Assembly (NCBI RefSeq): GCF_009914755.1
Contig: NC_060929.1
Reading direction: 5' to 3' (one strand)
DNA from: the human T2T-CHM13v2.0 reference genome, Homo sapiens
DNA: 64,000 nt
The position numbers and the translations under genes are program-made. Of this stretch, positions 1-13,154 are shown piece by piece. The notes under the pieces are model-generated. The model searched no databases. It was not told the origin of the DNA and worked only from the letters and a program-made list of their open reading frames with translations. Position 1 is the stretch's first letter; each line of letters starts with the position of its first letter.

Positions 1-251
1 GCCAAGTTACAGCCCATGAAGGAAGCACTAGCTGAATGCTAAAATGGTGCTCGTTGCTAGAATGCAATGCAACATATTTTATTCTAGGAGGCAAGCAATG
101 GAATAGACACGTTTACGCATTTTCAAGATAATTTATTTAACTAAATGTGAGACATATACTATGCATTATTGAAGAACTATGTAAAGACCCCATAGGTGAC
201 TGGGAATCTCTTTCTGGGTACATTTCTTGTTTTTAAAACATGATTAACCTC

Positions 252-587
252 TTTTTTTTTTTTTTTTTTTTGAGACAGGGTCTTACTCTGTCACCCAGTG
301 CAAGAGTGCAGTGGTATGATCATAGCTCACTGCAGCCTCAATCTCGCAGGCTCATGTCACCCTCCCACCTCAGCCTCTCAGGCTCAAGTCACCCTCCCAC
401 CTCAGTCTCCCAAGTAGCTGGGACCACAGGTCCATGCCATCATGCCCAGCTAATTTAAAAAAAATTTTTTTTAGAGACAGGCTCTCCCTATGTTGCCCAG
501 GTTGGTCTTGAACTCCTGAGCTCAAGCATCTTCCCACCTTGGCTTCTCAAAGTGCTGGGATTACAGACATGAGCCACGCACTTGGCC
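252..587 (-). mobile_element. Alu SINE, AluJ-type, with internal 32-bp tandem duplication
   Basis: Poly-T followed by GAGACAGGGTCT...AAAGTGCTGGGATTACAG...GGCC. Target-site duplication TGATTAACCT at 241-250 and 588-597. Confidence 0.95.
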
Positions 588-1311
588 TGATTAACCTTTT
601 TTAATAAGTCTTGTTGCTTTGCACATTGCTTTTTCTAGTGTGGATTTCAATTCTTATAAAGATTCACAGTGGCAATGTCAACCATGACATTGTTTTGTGA
701 TTATTATTATTACGTTAAACAGAGAGTACTAACTATTCTAAGTATCTCTTTCCTCCATAACTCAGAGCCATCATTATGAAGGCCATCATTATATTCTACC
801 ATATTATAGTAATGCCTTCACAGACTTTTGAGATCCTCTGTCCTTTCCCTAAGTCATAGGTTGCAGTACTAGTTCTATCTTTCTCAAGTCCCATCACTGC
901 TGTCTTCTAATCGGCTACAGTATTTTACATACAACTGCCTGAACTACTGCTCTTCCTTCTTCCTTTAGAGTAAAACTCAGGGCCTCTGTGACAGATATTT
1001 GCTACTCACCAACAGTTTTTATCTATTTTATTTTTTTGACCATGCCCTGGAATGGATTTGTCAAATCTTTGTAGATGTGGTCAATTTTGGAGATGTCCAC
1101 TCTGGAAAAAAAAAAAAAAAAAAAAAAATTAAAGAGCCACACTAAACAAGAAACATCAGAGGTTCTGAAGAATGACTCACAGGAGCTTTGTCCTAATTTT
1201 GAAAACTCAAGTTGATATAAAGTAAATTTTGCATCCACAAGGCTTCCTAGCATATTACCCTCCTAAATTGTGGCTATAGCAGTTAAACATCATTCTGAAG
1301 TAATTATATAA

Positions 1312-1651
1312 TGCTGCGGTTTGAATGTTGGTCTCCTCCAAAATGGATGTTAAAATTTAATTGCTTTTGTAACAGTATTATATTAAGAGGTGAGACCATT
1401 AATTGTTGATTAGGCTGCGAGGGCTCCACCATCATGGCTGCAGTTGTAAAAGGGTGAGTTCAACCCCTTCTTACTCTCTCACCCTCTTGCCTTCCTCCAT
1501 GTGATGATGCAGCAAGAATGCCCCTGCTGGATGCTGGCATCTTGAAGTTGAACTTTCCAGCCTTTAGAACTGTGAGCCAATACAGTTCTGTTTATTTTAA
1601 GTGGGCTATTCTCAGATATGTTGTTATAATAGCCCAAAACAGACTAAGACA
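1312..1651 (+). mobile_element. MaLR solo LTR (MSTD/MLT1A-like)
   Basis: Starts TGCTGCGGTTTGAATGT and ends AAAACAGACTAAGACA. Contains CTTTCCAGCCTTTAGAACTGTGAG, typical of MST/MLT1A LTRs. Confidence 0.8.
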
Positions 1652-1887
1652 TGCACTAATCTAAAAGCTTAACAATGTAATATGTTATGGATATTTATGA
1701 TATGAAACTTTTCATTTAATGATCTCAAAGCAGAATAAAAGTAATTTCAGATTTATGTATTTATTTCTCTATTCACCTAGCTCGAGTGTCCAAATTTCTA
1801 AAGAACACTGAATAATTTTATTGAACAAAGTGGGTTCATACTTAACGGTATTGTCACATGTCACACACACACAGATCTATATTTTAG

Positions 1888-2186
1888 AGTGGGGTTCCAC
1901 TTTTATTTTCCTTAAAGGGCCAAATGATAAATATTTTTGTCTTTGCAAGACATATGTTCTCTGTTATAACTATTCAACTGTGACATTATAGCCATAGATA
2001 ATAAATTGTCTAAAACTTCATTTATGGACTTTGAAATTTGAATGTTATAATATTTATGTGTTATGAAATACTCTTCCTTTGACTTTTCTCAATCATTTAA
2101 GAGTATTTAAGTTTTTCTTAGCTCACAGGCTATATAAAAACAGGCTATGATCTCGATTTGGCTCAGGGACCAGTTTGTCACTCCTG
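1888..2186. mobile_element. MER58B-like hAT-Charlie DNA transposon fossil
   Basis: TAAAGGGCCAAATGATAAATATTTT near one end and GATTTGGCTCAGGGACCAGTTTGTCACTCCTG at the other resemble the MER58 consensus. Confidence 0.7.
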
Positions 2187-2380
2187 CTACAGAGAGCTTT
2201 AACAGCAGTAGAAATGGCATGCTAAACTCTCAAGGTTTTGAGACATCTGCACATGACATCAAGTTTCCAGTGAAAGTTTTGGTCTTTGATTATTTCTAAA
2301 TATATTGGTAATTTAAAAAGAGAAAATCTAAGAATATTTTACAGAGTTTTTGCTTGTTTTTCTTTTGAGTATTGTTTAGA

Positions 2381-2548
2381 CCAGAGCACCTGAAACTTTA
2401 ATGTGCCTGGGAATTACCTAGGTATCCTGCTAAAAGGAAAACTCTGATTTGGGTAGGTCAGGTGTGGGGCCTGAGACTCTGCATTTCCAACAAGCTCCCA
2501 GGTGGTACCAGTGTTGCTGGTCCTTTGAAAACTCTTTGAGTAGTAAGG
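2381..2548. mobile_element. MER5A DNA transposon fossil
   Basis: GTAGGTCAGGTGTGGGGCCTGAGACTCTGCATTTCCAACAAGCTCCCAGGTG is the MER5A core. Confidence 0.8.
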
Positions 2549-4050
2549 GCATAGAACACAGTAGAGAAAGCCCAATTTGACTTAATAAGGGATAATAAGA
2601 AGTCTATGCTGGTGACTTTCAATGAATAAAATGTGATGCTTTTGAATGAAATTGCACAGCCCTTGAAAAATAAAAGCCAAAAGGTATGAAAAAATAGTGA
2701 TAGCACATTAAAATGATATAAAAGCCTTCACCAAATAAAACGAGTTGTACTGAAAGCCTAGAATACTTAACTTATTAAGCAGCCAGTATCCTGGCTACTA
2801 CCAAAAATACAGCTTTTCATCCAGACCACATTCATTCAAACTCTTCAAGTATTTTTCATCTTTTAGGTAGATTATTTAACACGTTCCAAGGCATTGAGGA
2901 ATTCAGTAAATACTATAAAGTATAAGACCTATTAAAACTTGATATATATTGTGTAGGCTTACATGTTGCATTTACTGTGTGCATACATAAATATGAAAGT
3001 ATGCATGATGTTTAAAATGCATTTGGTCTGAGGATTTTTAATGTCAAGTTTCAATCCCATGCAAATGAAAAGGGCTGAATACATAAACCTGTCAAAATCA
3101 TGATTTTAATGGAAATGTCAAGATACTTCTGAAAGCCAATATAATAATCCCTTTTATGCAGCACTAGGAAGAAGCCTATGATCCTAGAAGAACTAACCTG
3201 TCACCCTGCACTATCTGTTTCATCCTATTACCATCCTCGGCTCCATTATCTAAATGACCAAGCACTCCTTCAATTCTAGGGCTAAATGATGTCATGACAT
3301 AACTATCATCATATTTATACCTCATAAAATTAGAAAGGTTATTAAACATAATTTGACCTTTGGCATACTCTAACAGAATCTTGATTTTTGCTGTTTTCTT
3401 TCTTTCCTCCTTTTCCCCTCCTTCATTCACTCAAATCTCTCATTTCAGTTCTTTATACTCTCTTTTCTTTTTTCCTTTAAAATAAACTGTTTTCCACTTA
3501 TACTGACATCATGTTGCACGACCAGATGTAGGATTTCAGAAAATAAAATTTTTATTACAGTGCTTTCTAATTATTCTTTAAAGCTACCATTCAGGAGAGA
3601 GATGTTGCTTCCATTCAAACCTAAATTCAATGCCAAGTACATTTGCCCTTGAAAATTTTCTAAAGCACTGGGTGATGTGGGGTCTGAGGTGTCTCATGGT
3701 TTTGCTGTTACTATTGTCTTTAACTAGCTTGTACTGCAGTAGAGAAGGCAATTAGCTGTGTTTATCTTTGTTGGTACACTCTGATCAAAACAGTCAAGGA
3801 ACAGATGCTTCCAGGTGGACAAAGGTCAGGCATTGGGTATGTTGGACAACTGAAAAGGAAAGAGTATTTGTCAGAACCTTTATAGACTCCTGAGCTGTAA
3901 AACAACTTTTCCTTTAGCATTCTGAGGTATTTTCAATAGATTAAACAGAAATCATTATGTTTTGTAAATGCTTCAAAATAAGGTCAATGAGCTTCCTTCT
4001 TTGTATTGCTTCTTGTCTATGTACACGCTGACAAAGAAGCAATAAGCTTC

Positions 4051-4051
4051 G

Positions 4052-4085
<34 letters not shown>

Positions 4086-4112
4086 AATGTATGTATGTAT
4101 GTGTGTATGTAT
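4051..4112. repeat. Compound (GT)n/(TATG)n microsatellite
   Basis: Directly visible. Confidence 0.95.
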
Positions 4113-4404
4113 ACTTTCTTTGCATTTCAGTGTTAATTTATTTTATTCTAAATGTATATGACTCTATAATATATGAAGGAAGTTATCTGTTTCAAAGCCT
4201 CCTCAACACAGAATCTCAGCTTTTAGGCTCCTCCAGCACATTTGTTAGTTTTTAGCATTCTCCAAGCTTCCTGTGAAAGTCCCCGATGACAGTGGCTTCC
4301 CACTGCAGAGACATTTTCACAATTAATTTCCATTCAAGAAAGAAGTCTCTTACACTCAACTCACAGCTTCCTGTTTTCAGTTTGATTTATTATGTCATTT
4401 ATTT

Positions 4405-4530
4405 ACACTCAGTAGCTATTTATTGAATACCTACTACATGATGAAAAAACACAGTTTCTGCTCTCAAGGAATTTGTAGTCTGCTAGGGATATGGGCAAGA
4501 AAATGGATAATAAAAATATGATGTGATAGG
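4405..4530 (-). mobile_element. L2 3' end fragment
   Basis: TTTATTGAATACCTACTA...CTGCTCTCAAGGAATTTGTAGTCT resembles the antisense L2 3' end. Confidence 0.55.
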
Positions 4531-5012
4531 CTATCCTTTAAATCTATGAATCAATCAATATATATTCACGAAATATAAACCAGGGACTGTCATCAAGCCT
4601 TTATTAGACATAGATGTGGCTGTGGATATAAATATAGACACACATAGAGTTATTGGCCCCAAAGAGTTTGGAAACCAGTAGGAGGAAAAATAATAATATA
4701 AAGATATAATATAATAAAATAATATAAAAATATATCTTGTTACAAGATATTATATATATAACAACTGTTATACATTCTTATTAGAGGCAGAAAGTTCATA
4801 GGAAATTAATCCTTCTCTAGTAAGAACAGTTTTCTTACCTAGTGTTCAATATTGGTAATAATTCTTTATTTGTTCCATATTTTCTTGATCACAGAATGAA
4901 TAATTTATCTCCGTATGCAACTTATTTTAAGAACTGACCACAGAAGTCACTTTGTTTCTTTGCTCTTTCCTGATCTTTTTTCTTTAATTCACCTCATTTT
5001 TTGTAAGATGAT

Positions 5013-5410
5013 TGTATTAGTCTGTTCAGGATGCCATAATCAAATGCCAAAACAGGATAGGCTGGGTGGCTTAAACAACAAATATCTATTTTCTCATGGT
5101 TATGAAGGGACGAAAAGTTCCAGCTCAAGTTGTCAGCCCATTTGGTTCCTGGTGAGGGCCCTCTCCCTGGCTGCCTTCTCATTGTATCCTGACTTGGCCA
5201 CCCCGATTGTGTGCACACAGAGAGGGAGAGACAGAACACGTGTATGTTCTGTCATGTCTCTTTTTATACAGACACTATTCCTATTGGATCAGGGCCCCAC
5301 TCTTCTGACCTCTTTTTAATCTTAATTACTCCCTTAGAGGCGGCATCTCCAAATACAGCCACAATTGGGTTTCAGGTTTCAATGTATCAATTTTGGGGCA
5401 AGGAAGGTGA
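5013..5410 (-). mobile_element. MLT1A/B-type MaLR solo LTR
   Basis: TGTATTAGTCTGTTCAGGATGCCATAA...CTGGGTGGCTTAAACAACA...GGATCAGGGCCCCACTC...CCAAATACAGCCACA. Confidence 0.8.
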
Positions 5411-6521
5411 AGACAAAAATAGTGAATTAGAAGTATCAATATGATTAGTTAACTATCTGGTGTAATATTACAGTTTCAATAATTGAACTTCCCAGAAACA
5501 AGAGAAAATGTCATCTTCCAGTTTTGTGTTTCAATTACATGGTAGGCCTGTTGCTGACAATTAACACATTTTCTGGTAGATAAAATACTGATTATCAAAA
5601 ACAAAGCATACACCATGGAGGAAAGTCTGAAGAATATGAATCTCAGAGTCAATAAATATCACAGATATGTGTTCTATCACTTTAACAATTAGGAAAAACT
5701 AAGCAATTTATTTTCTGTACTGGCAGAAATGAAAATACATATTTTTACAAATGTATGCTTACTAAATATACTGTAGTTTGCCTCATTCTACATAATTTGT
5801 ATAAAGTATGTTCTTCTTAAAGTTCAAACTTGGATTAATGTCTGATGTGTGAGGTTATCCAATTCATATTCAGTCATTTCACAGCTGTGTGGTTCTAATC
5901 AAATAAAAAAATGATCTTGCCTAGGCGAAGAAAATGGCTCTCATGTACAGAAGAACCAGAAACACACTTCATATCATGATGGTAGTATTTCTTTTTCTGT
6001 TTTTGGTCATAGCCTCTATTTGGACTTTAGCCATCACACGTACACACACACATACACGCACACATTGCCACAAAGGCTGATTTCTTATTGTACTCTTATT
6101 TTATAGCTAATCTTAATATGCTGAGGAAGCAACAACAAAAACAGAGTCAGTATGTTCTTTCTTCTATAAAGACCTACTGAGTAGGTCTTAAGCCAACTCA
6201 GTTTTTCTGCCTCCTTTCTTTCTACTTTGTAATTTGCCCAATATACTTTTCCTAAATTAGTCATAACACTGCTTTTTATCACATTATCCCCCTCCTCTAC
6301 AACCTTCCATGGTTCCCCATTACCTTGAGATAAACTGCAAATGCATATCTTTTACATACTGTCAACAGCAGAGCTTTTCTAGCTGTACTTTCCTACTGCC
6401 ATATATAAGCCCCCCTGAGATCTTATTGGTATCCTTATTATCTCCTAAACTTTATACATATGTTTTCATTTATATGCAGGCTATGTGCAAGATTTCCTCC
6501 AAGTAACACACTTCTCAGCAA

Positions 6522-6705
6522 CCAGTGTTTCTCTAAGGGGCAATATTGGCATTTGCGGCAGAACAGTTTTTCCCTTTGTAGAATTTTTCTACAACTTTAC
6601 AGAACATTAAGAATCCCTGATCCTTTCCTGTGTCATGCTAGTAAAACCCTCATATTGTACTAACAACAAAAAATGCCTCCAAAGTTTTCCAAAGATGCTT
6701 CTGTG
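6522..6705. mobile_element. MER112/MER20-like hAT fossil
   Basis: CAGTGTTTCTC...ATATTGGCATTT...ACAACAAAAAATGCCTCC resembles the MER20/MER112 family. Confidence 0.5.
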
Positions 6706-6724
6706 TGTAATAGAAATTCCCAAT

Positions 6725-7285
6725 CCATGTGGCTTAAGCAATTAAGTGATTGTACTGGTCAGTGGAATTGAAAAATTCAGAGAAAGGCTTATGACTTCAG
6801 GTACATATGAACATAAGATCTAAAATATTTGTTCTCTATCCATGTGTTCTGTTTCCTAGTATATTTCGAAACAGACGCTCCTCTTAGGTTGGCTTCCAGT
6901 AGTATCAGACTTACATCCTCAAAACTCTCTTCCCAGCAAAGAAGAACGTGTCTCTTCCCAATCTTTCAGATGAAAGTTCCCTTTGGATTCTGAATTTTCT
7001 TGACTGGGGTCATGATCCTTTACAAAGGTTTTACTATGTCCAGAGAAAAAATACACTTGTTTGGACATCCCTCAAGCCTAGAGTGGAGTATGGACTCACA
7101 TTTTTGAAAGAGATGGTTTACCATGGAAATCTAGTGTTATACACACCATGGAGGAAATTCTGAAGAATATGAATCTCAAAGTCAATAGTGTTATATACTA
7201 TATTTCCTTGATAAAGGAATATATACCAGAAGAAAGAAGAATGAATGCTGGGTAGCTACATAACAACAAGAAGTGACCTATACAA
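6725..7285. mobile_element. Ancient MLT1J/K-like LTR, highly diverged
   Basis: GGCTTAAGCAA...GACTTCAGGTACA...CAGACTTACATCCTC...GAATGAATGCTGGGTAG motif order. Confidence 0.5.
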
Positions 7286-8065
7286 ATACTTGTTGCTTAA
7301 TCTTAGGCAAAGAATTTCAATTCTCAGCCTCTTCTCCAAATCTATAAAATCTAAATAAGGACCACTACCTTGTAGGTAGATAGTAAGAGACTCAATATAG
7401 GAAGTAGCTGACATGATACCTAAAACATCTGTGCTTAAAACCTGTCTTATTCCTTTTGAATTCCCCCTTTAAGGTGCTAGTCAGGGCAGTTTTTAAAATA
7501 AATAACAACTAGTAGGCATGACAACCACCCATTCAGAAGAATTCCCTGAAGCTTCAAAATGGAACTCTTCCAGTACGTATCATTGTATACGGTGGCTGAC
7601 CAGCCTTGTTCCTAGTAAAGCCCTCAGGATTGCATTTGTCTGAATTCATCTCTCTCCATTCATCTAAACCACGGTGGAACTCCTAGTGATTTCTGTCCAA
7701 AACCTTTTATCACCGAACATGACTTTTTATCATCCCTATTCCTCTGCATTTTGATTTTTACCATTTTGAATACATTATACTTGTATTTATTCTGTAAAAC
7801 TTATTCTTAATAATTCAGTTTTTGTTTTAAATAATGAAAGACACATGCCAATTTGAGCTGTATGAACGCCTAGTTCACATAGTTTCTGCCTAGAGCAATG
7901 ACATGCACCTAAGTTAGCCTGCACACATTATAGCTCATAAGCCAGAAAGGCATTCAGAGAACCTGGCCAAAAATTGTGGACTGTGTGGGGCTCCATACAC
8001 TAAACTCATCCATTCCTAAATGTTCCATAGGCTTCTGTGCACATGGAATAAAGTTGAAAATTATG

Positions 8066-8262
8066 ATCTTTGGAGTCAGATTCCCAGCTTTTCAATAATG
8101 AACTGTGTGACTTTGGACAAAGTTTTTTTGTTTGTTTGTTTTTAACATCACTAATCCTCGGGGGTATTTGCCTATAAAATAAAAATAAACATTCCTAGTT
8201 TCCAGGGAAAATGTGAGAATTAGAAATCCACCTATCAAACTTTATGACACAGTAAGCCATTC
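8066..8262 (+). mobile_element. MIR SINE
   Basis: CTTTGGAGTCAGA...AACTGTGTGACTTTGGACAAAGT...GTGAGAATTAGA...ACACAGTAAGC. Confidence 0.7.
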
Positions 8263-8919
8263 GGAGGTGATGGTTTTTGTGACATCTCTGCGACGTTTGT
8301 TGTTTAACAATTACTTACATGTCATTCTTTTTAGTTCCGTTTGTTGGAAAACTTTTTGTGTTCTTGAGTTCTTATTCCCTGTTTTGCCTATTAAAGTGGT
8401 TCATAAGCATTAAGGTAAGACTGAATAAATGAATGAATAAGTTTTTCATGTAGACCTTTGAAAATGAGAATGGAAACAATTTAGAGAATCATACATGAGA
8501 CCCCTAAGACTGTGGGAAATTTTTGTACTTAAGCAAAAGGTTTTTGCTCTACAAGAAAGATTCAAATTTTCATCAGAATTTCAAAAAATAAGTTATGTCT
8601 AATTTTCAAACATTTTGATAATTTCAGACAAAACTTCTGAAACTTTTTGTTAAGGCCTGTTTAAAGCTAAGTCTTCATAATAGATTCCAATATGTCAGAG
8701 ACAGGTTTGAAATGTTTACTATTTCAATTCCACATTTTCAACTTTAAAACAAGGCAGTTGGAGTAGATAATCTTTCTGGATTCAATTTTTTATAGATTCT
8801 ATGATCCATTGCAAAGATTTTGCAAGTACTTTTCAAAGTATTTCCAAATACCCATGCTCAGTAGAAAACAGAACATTCTCAAAATATAAAGATTGGTACA
8901 ACTTTTTAATCACCCAGCG

Positions 8920-9350
8920 ACAGACAAGGGCTACTACTGTCTGGAGCTCATTTTCTATTGTAATAAAGGGAGGCAAAAAAAATACCATGATATGAGGAAT
9001 ATAAAAACAGAGTAATGTGAGAAAGAGTGAGTGACCATGACCAAATTTGTTGAGTGGCCAAGGAAAGTCTTTCTGAGAAGGAGAAATTTGAGCTATGCCA
9101 GCAAGGAGGAAAAGGGTCCAGGTATGCAACCTATTAATGGTGAGAAGGAACATTGCAAGATAAGGACCGTCAAATGCCAAACTCTGGAGGCTGGCTGGGC
9201 TTGGCATCTCAGAGCCAGAGAGCCAGAAGACCAGAGTATGACATGGCCATGGACAGTGGTGGGAAAATAACTTAGATGAGGTACACAACAGTTAAATCAC
9301 AGAGTGCTGAAAGGGTTTGGATTTTAGATTTTCTTCTAAGTGTTGAAGAG
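8920..9350 (-). mobile_element. L2 fragment
   Basis: AGGAAAGTCTTTCTGAGAAGGAGAAATTTGAGCT...TTTGGATTTT...TCTAAGTG, antisense L2. Confidence 0.6.
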
Positions 9351-10569
9351 TGATAGCATCAGATTTAGCTTATTAAATCCTGATGTGTAAGAAAATCACA
9401 TTCCTAAAAGCTAGAATTTTTTTAAATGATGAAGTCCTGATTTAAATAAAAAGAAACTGCGGTTAAAGCATGATTTTGCATTAAACATCTCATCCAAGTA
9501 TCTACTGCTATTTTATTCACACACCCTAGTCAGTACTCAAGGAATAGGTTATAACTTCGTTTAAATGAGTCAGTTCTTGGCTGACATAGCTATTGCCAGC
9601 ATGTTCATGCGTTCTAGTTGTTTTTTAAACTGCGTTTTACACCAAGGGAAATTGCACACAGTAAATGTCAAGGATTCACTAGGGGCACTACAGTTTCTGA
9701 GGCATGAAGCTAATACATATTTGTCTCATTACTGTCAGCAGATCAACTTTATTCTGTGAAAGGCAAGGGTTCATAGCTCATAGGAGATGTAGTTACAAAC
9801 GACCTTTGAGAGGTCGTGGGGAGCACAGCTTCTAAAATTTACAGTAGTGTCATGTTATTAATAAGAAACTAGAGAAATAATGTTTAGAGACTTTTTGCTA
9901 CTTAACTTTTTCATAGAAACAGGTAGGGGGATCACATTTTTCAGCTCTGATTCATCAAACCTTAAATTGAAGATGACATAGAGCGTTTGCGTGGGCAGCC
10001 TAATCCACTCCTGTGGTTTCCATATTGCCCAACAGTTTTCCTGAGGTAAACATGTTTTGCAGGATCATCAGGCAATTAATGGTCTTTTGCTTGAATAGTT
10101 TCAAAGACAGAGGGAAAGAAAATCCTGATTTCATGGTAGGGCAATTATGCACTATGGAGATCAGATTATTTTTTGCCTCCCGTCTATGTAAGTATATTCT
10201 TCATATTTTTAGCCAAGTATCATAATTATTAGAAATAGATTATTTTAGTTTATTATTGTGTTTTCATTTTATTTGAAATTATAAGTCTCAAAATATTTCC
10301 TCCGAAGGGATTTAAGTGGTGAAAAGCATCTATAGGTAACATTTATTTTTTGCTAGAATATATTCACAATCCCAGAACTTAATATATTATAGTACTCAAT
10401 GAATAATCATTGGTGATGTGTAGGTGACATTAATAGTGTGGGAGATATCAACTGTTTATGTTCAGTTTTATACTATCTAAATGCAGTGATGAGGGTTTTT
10501 CCCTCTTTTCCATGGGCTCCCCAGGCCATGTCTCTACTACCTATATCATGGAGCTCACAGGCACGGGTA

Positions 10570-10675
10570 ATGCCAGCTTTGCCAGTGTTCATGGTGTAAA
10601 TATTCCACCATGACTGATTACAGGCTACTTATGTTTAACAAGTGGCTTGCAAGATTTCTGAATATTTTACAATCA
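10570..10675 (-). mobile_element. MER63-like hAT-Blackjack fragment
   Basis: TTTGCCAGTGTTCATGGTGTAAATATTCCACCATG is the reverse complement of a MER63 core motif. Confidence 0.6.
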
Positions 10676-11028
10676 TAATGCAGACAAAAGGGCTAAGAAA
10701 GAATTGGCAAAATTACTCCCCAAGAAGATCCTAGGGAACAGTGGAGATGGCTATGGAGGGGAGTGCTCCCAGAGGATGAGCAAAGGGAAGGGCAACAGGC
10801 ATGCCCCTGGGCACAGGCAAAATGGGAGTGGTGTTTTGAATGGCAAAGGACTCACTCTGATCATTGATAGGTTTCTCTATAGTTCCCTATTGGTGACTGT
10901 GGAGGGAGTCCCATTCAAACAGAGACCAGCCCATCTCTCAAAGCCAACTCACTGTGGTCTCTCCCAGGCTAGGTGGCTGTAATGACCTCTCTCTCCTCAT
11001 GCCCTGCTCTGTCTTCCTGCATCACAAC

Positions 11029-11030
<2 letters not shown>

Positions 11031-11061
<31 letters not shown>

Positions 11062-11337
11062 CAGGGTCTCACTCTGTCACCCAGGCTGGATGCAGTGGCG
11101 TGATCTCGGCTCACTGCAACCTCCAACTCCTTGGCTCAAGGGATCCTCCTACCTCAGCCCTACAAGTAGCTGGAAGTACAGGTGTGAGCCACCATGCCTG
11201 GGTAATTTTTGTATTTTTTGTAGAGACAGAGTTTCACCATGTTGCCCAGGCTGGTCTCAAACTCCTGAGCTCAAGCAATCTACCAGTTTTGGCCTCCCAA
11301 AGTGTTAGGATTACATGCGTGAGCTATGTGCCAGGCT
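11031..11337 (-). mobile_element. Alu SINE (AluJb-like)
   Basis: Poly-T plus full dimer. TSD CTG[C/T]ATCACAACTCT at 11017-11031 and 11338-11352. Confidence 0.95.
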
Positions 11338-13154
11338 CTGTATCACAACTCTGTAGTCAGTCATTGTTTACAGTTCAAGTTTTTCCCTTGTTCTTTCAGA
11401 ATGGACCCCCATCTACCCTCACCTCCTCCAACCTGCCAAATGATACCCACAAGCTTGCAGATTAAAATTGTTGTTTTGTCACACCTGTGTTTTCCTTAAT
11501 AGAGACTTCAAAGATCCACTTTTGAAATCTAAAACCTCATTATTCACCATTGAATTTTTCAGATTTTGAAAAATCGTGTGCAGAGTGGAGGAGAGAGGGT
11601 TGGGACTCTGGCAAAGTGATTCTAGATGGCCGTTTTAAGTTAATAAATAAAGTTGTTTCTCTATGGAATAATTCTAGAACCCAAAATGACAGCAGTTCTG
11701 TCATTTTCAAAAGATGGCTTCCTGGATAAACCTAAGGTATTTTCATGCAGTCAGCAGGAAGTCTGAGAGCTTATGAAGGCATCCTCAGGGGAAGTTTCAG
11801 GGGCCAAGAAAACACTTGTGACAGACCAACTATTTTGCAAGCATGTGGGTATTATTTGGCAGGTCGGAGGAGGTGAGAGTAGTTAGGAGTTTATTCTGAA
11901 AGAACAAGGCAAAAACTTCAACTATAAACAATGATTGACTAAAGAATTGTGATGCAGGAAGACGGAGCGGGGCATGCGTTAATTAATGTTAATATTAATT
12001 AACATATCTCACATTAAGTTACATTCCACTGGGAAGAAATCAGTCCTACAGCCACCCCTAACTGCAACGGAGACTGAGAGATGTAGTATAACTTGAGTCT
12101 AGGTCCAACTATTAAGACAGAAAGAGAAAACAGACAGACAGTAGTCAGCAATAGCTCTACCATTGGGCAGTGGGGAGGCTGGATGGAAAATGAGGTGAAA
12201 TCTACTTAAATTTGCTAACCTAGTGTTTTTCAAACTTAGTTCATCATGGAAGCTCCTTTAGAAGGCACCTATTAAAATATTGTGTAAAAATGCTAACCTA
12301 GGGCAAAAATCCCACTCTATGATCATGCCCTTAATCTAGTTGCAATTTCTGTTAAAAACGTATGTGATAAGGTGAAACCCATGTTCCAGGGTTAAAATCC
12401 CTGCACTTGTAGATTTCTACAAATGAGTGCTGCTTTCACTCCTCTAGGTTGGACAGGTTTTGCTTCAAGTTGTTGGAGGGCTTCACCTGCGTCAGGAATC
12501 ACTCCCTTCCTTATTTATATCCAGAGCTTTCATACACCATAGATAGATACTTTTTTCTTACTATCCGCCAAAAATAACAGCACTGAAAAAAATGACAGAA
12601 CACGTTTTATGAAGGCATAATATAACCCACTGCTGGGAACATGTCACTCGAGGCAAAAGCAGTTAGATCTGCCGGCTGGATGCTTTTCTGATGTTTCTCC
12701 TTAAATAACTTCATTATTCAATGAGAAGCGTTTTAATTATTTAAGTGACATAAAAGATGAGGTTGTACTATTTATATCTAGATTGTGTTTACCGATTTTA
12801 AGTCTTTTTGTCTATTTATATTGGAGTTGTAAGCACTTACTAAACCCCATCTGGCAGGAAATCGCTCTACATTTAGAGAAACAAAAGGTTTCTGTGCCCT
12901 CCAAGTTTTTGTGTTTTCCCAACAGGGTTCCTGTGATAACTCTTTTGTTGTCCATTGTGGACCCGGCTTTATTAAGAGAAATTTACCCCTTTCCTTTGCA
13001 AAAGCTTTTACTTTTGTTACTAATGCTCATACCTAGTGCAATGATATTTACTGATAATGGATTTTCTCCCACCAATGTAATGTATTATGGTTAGGGATCA
13101 CTTTCATCACAATAACAAAAATAACAGTAATTAATCAATGACATTATCATCACT

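Noticed and set aside
240-458. ORFs such as 240-458, 11100-11465, 22452-23028, 33868-34278, 38278-38542, 48191-48538 and 62490-62804
   Set aside because: Typical Alu antisense translations (LECSG..AHCNL, VAGITG), not genes.
1106-1128. Isolated poly-A runs (also 14996-15020 and 28385-28401) as retrocopy tails
   Set aside because: No flanking TSD or recognisable upstream transcript. More likely expanded A-tracts.
3176-3430. 84-aa minus-strand ORF
   Set aside because: No recognisable domain or convincing exon structure; length expected by chance.
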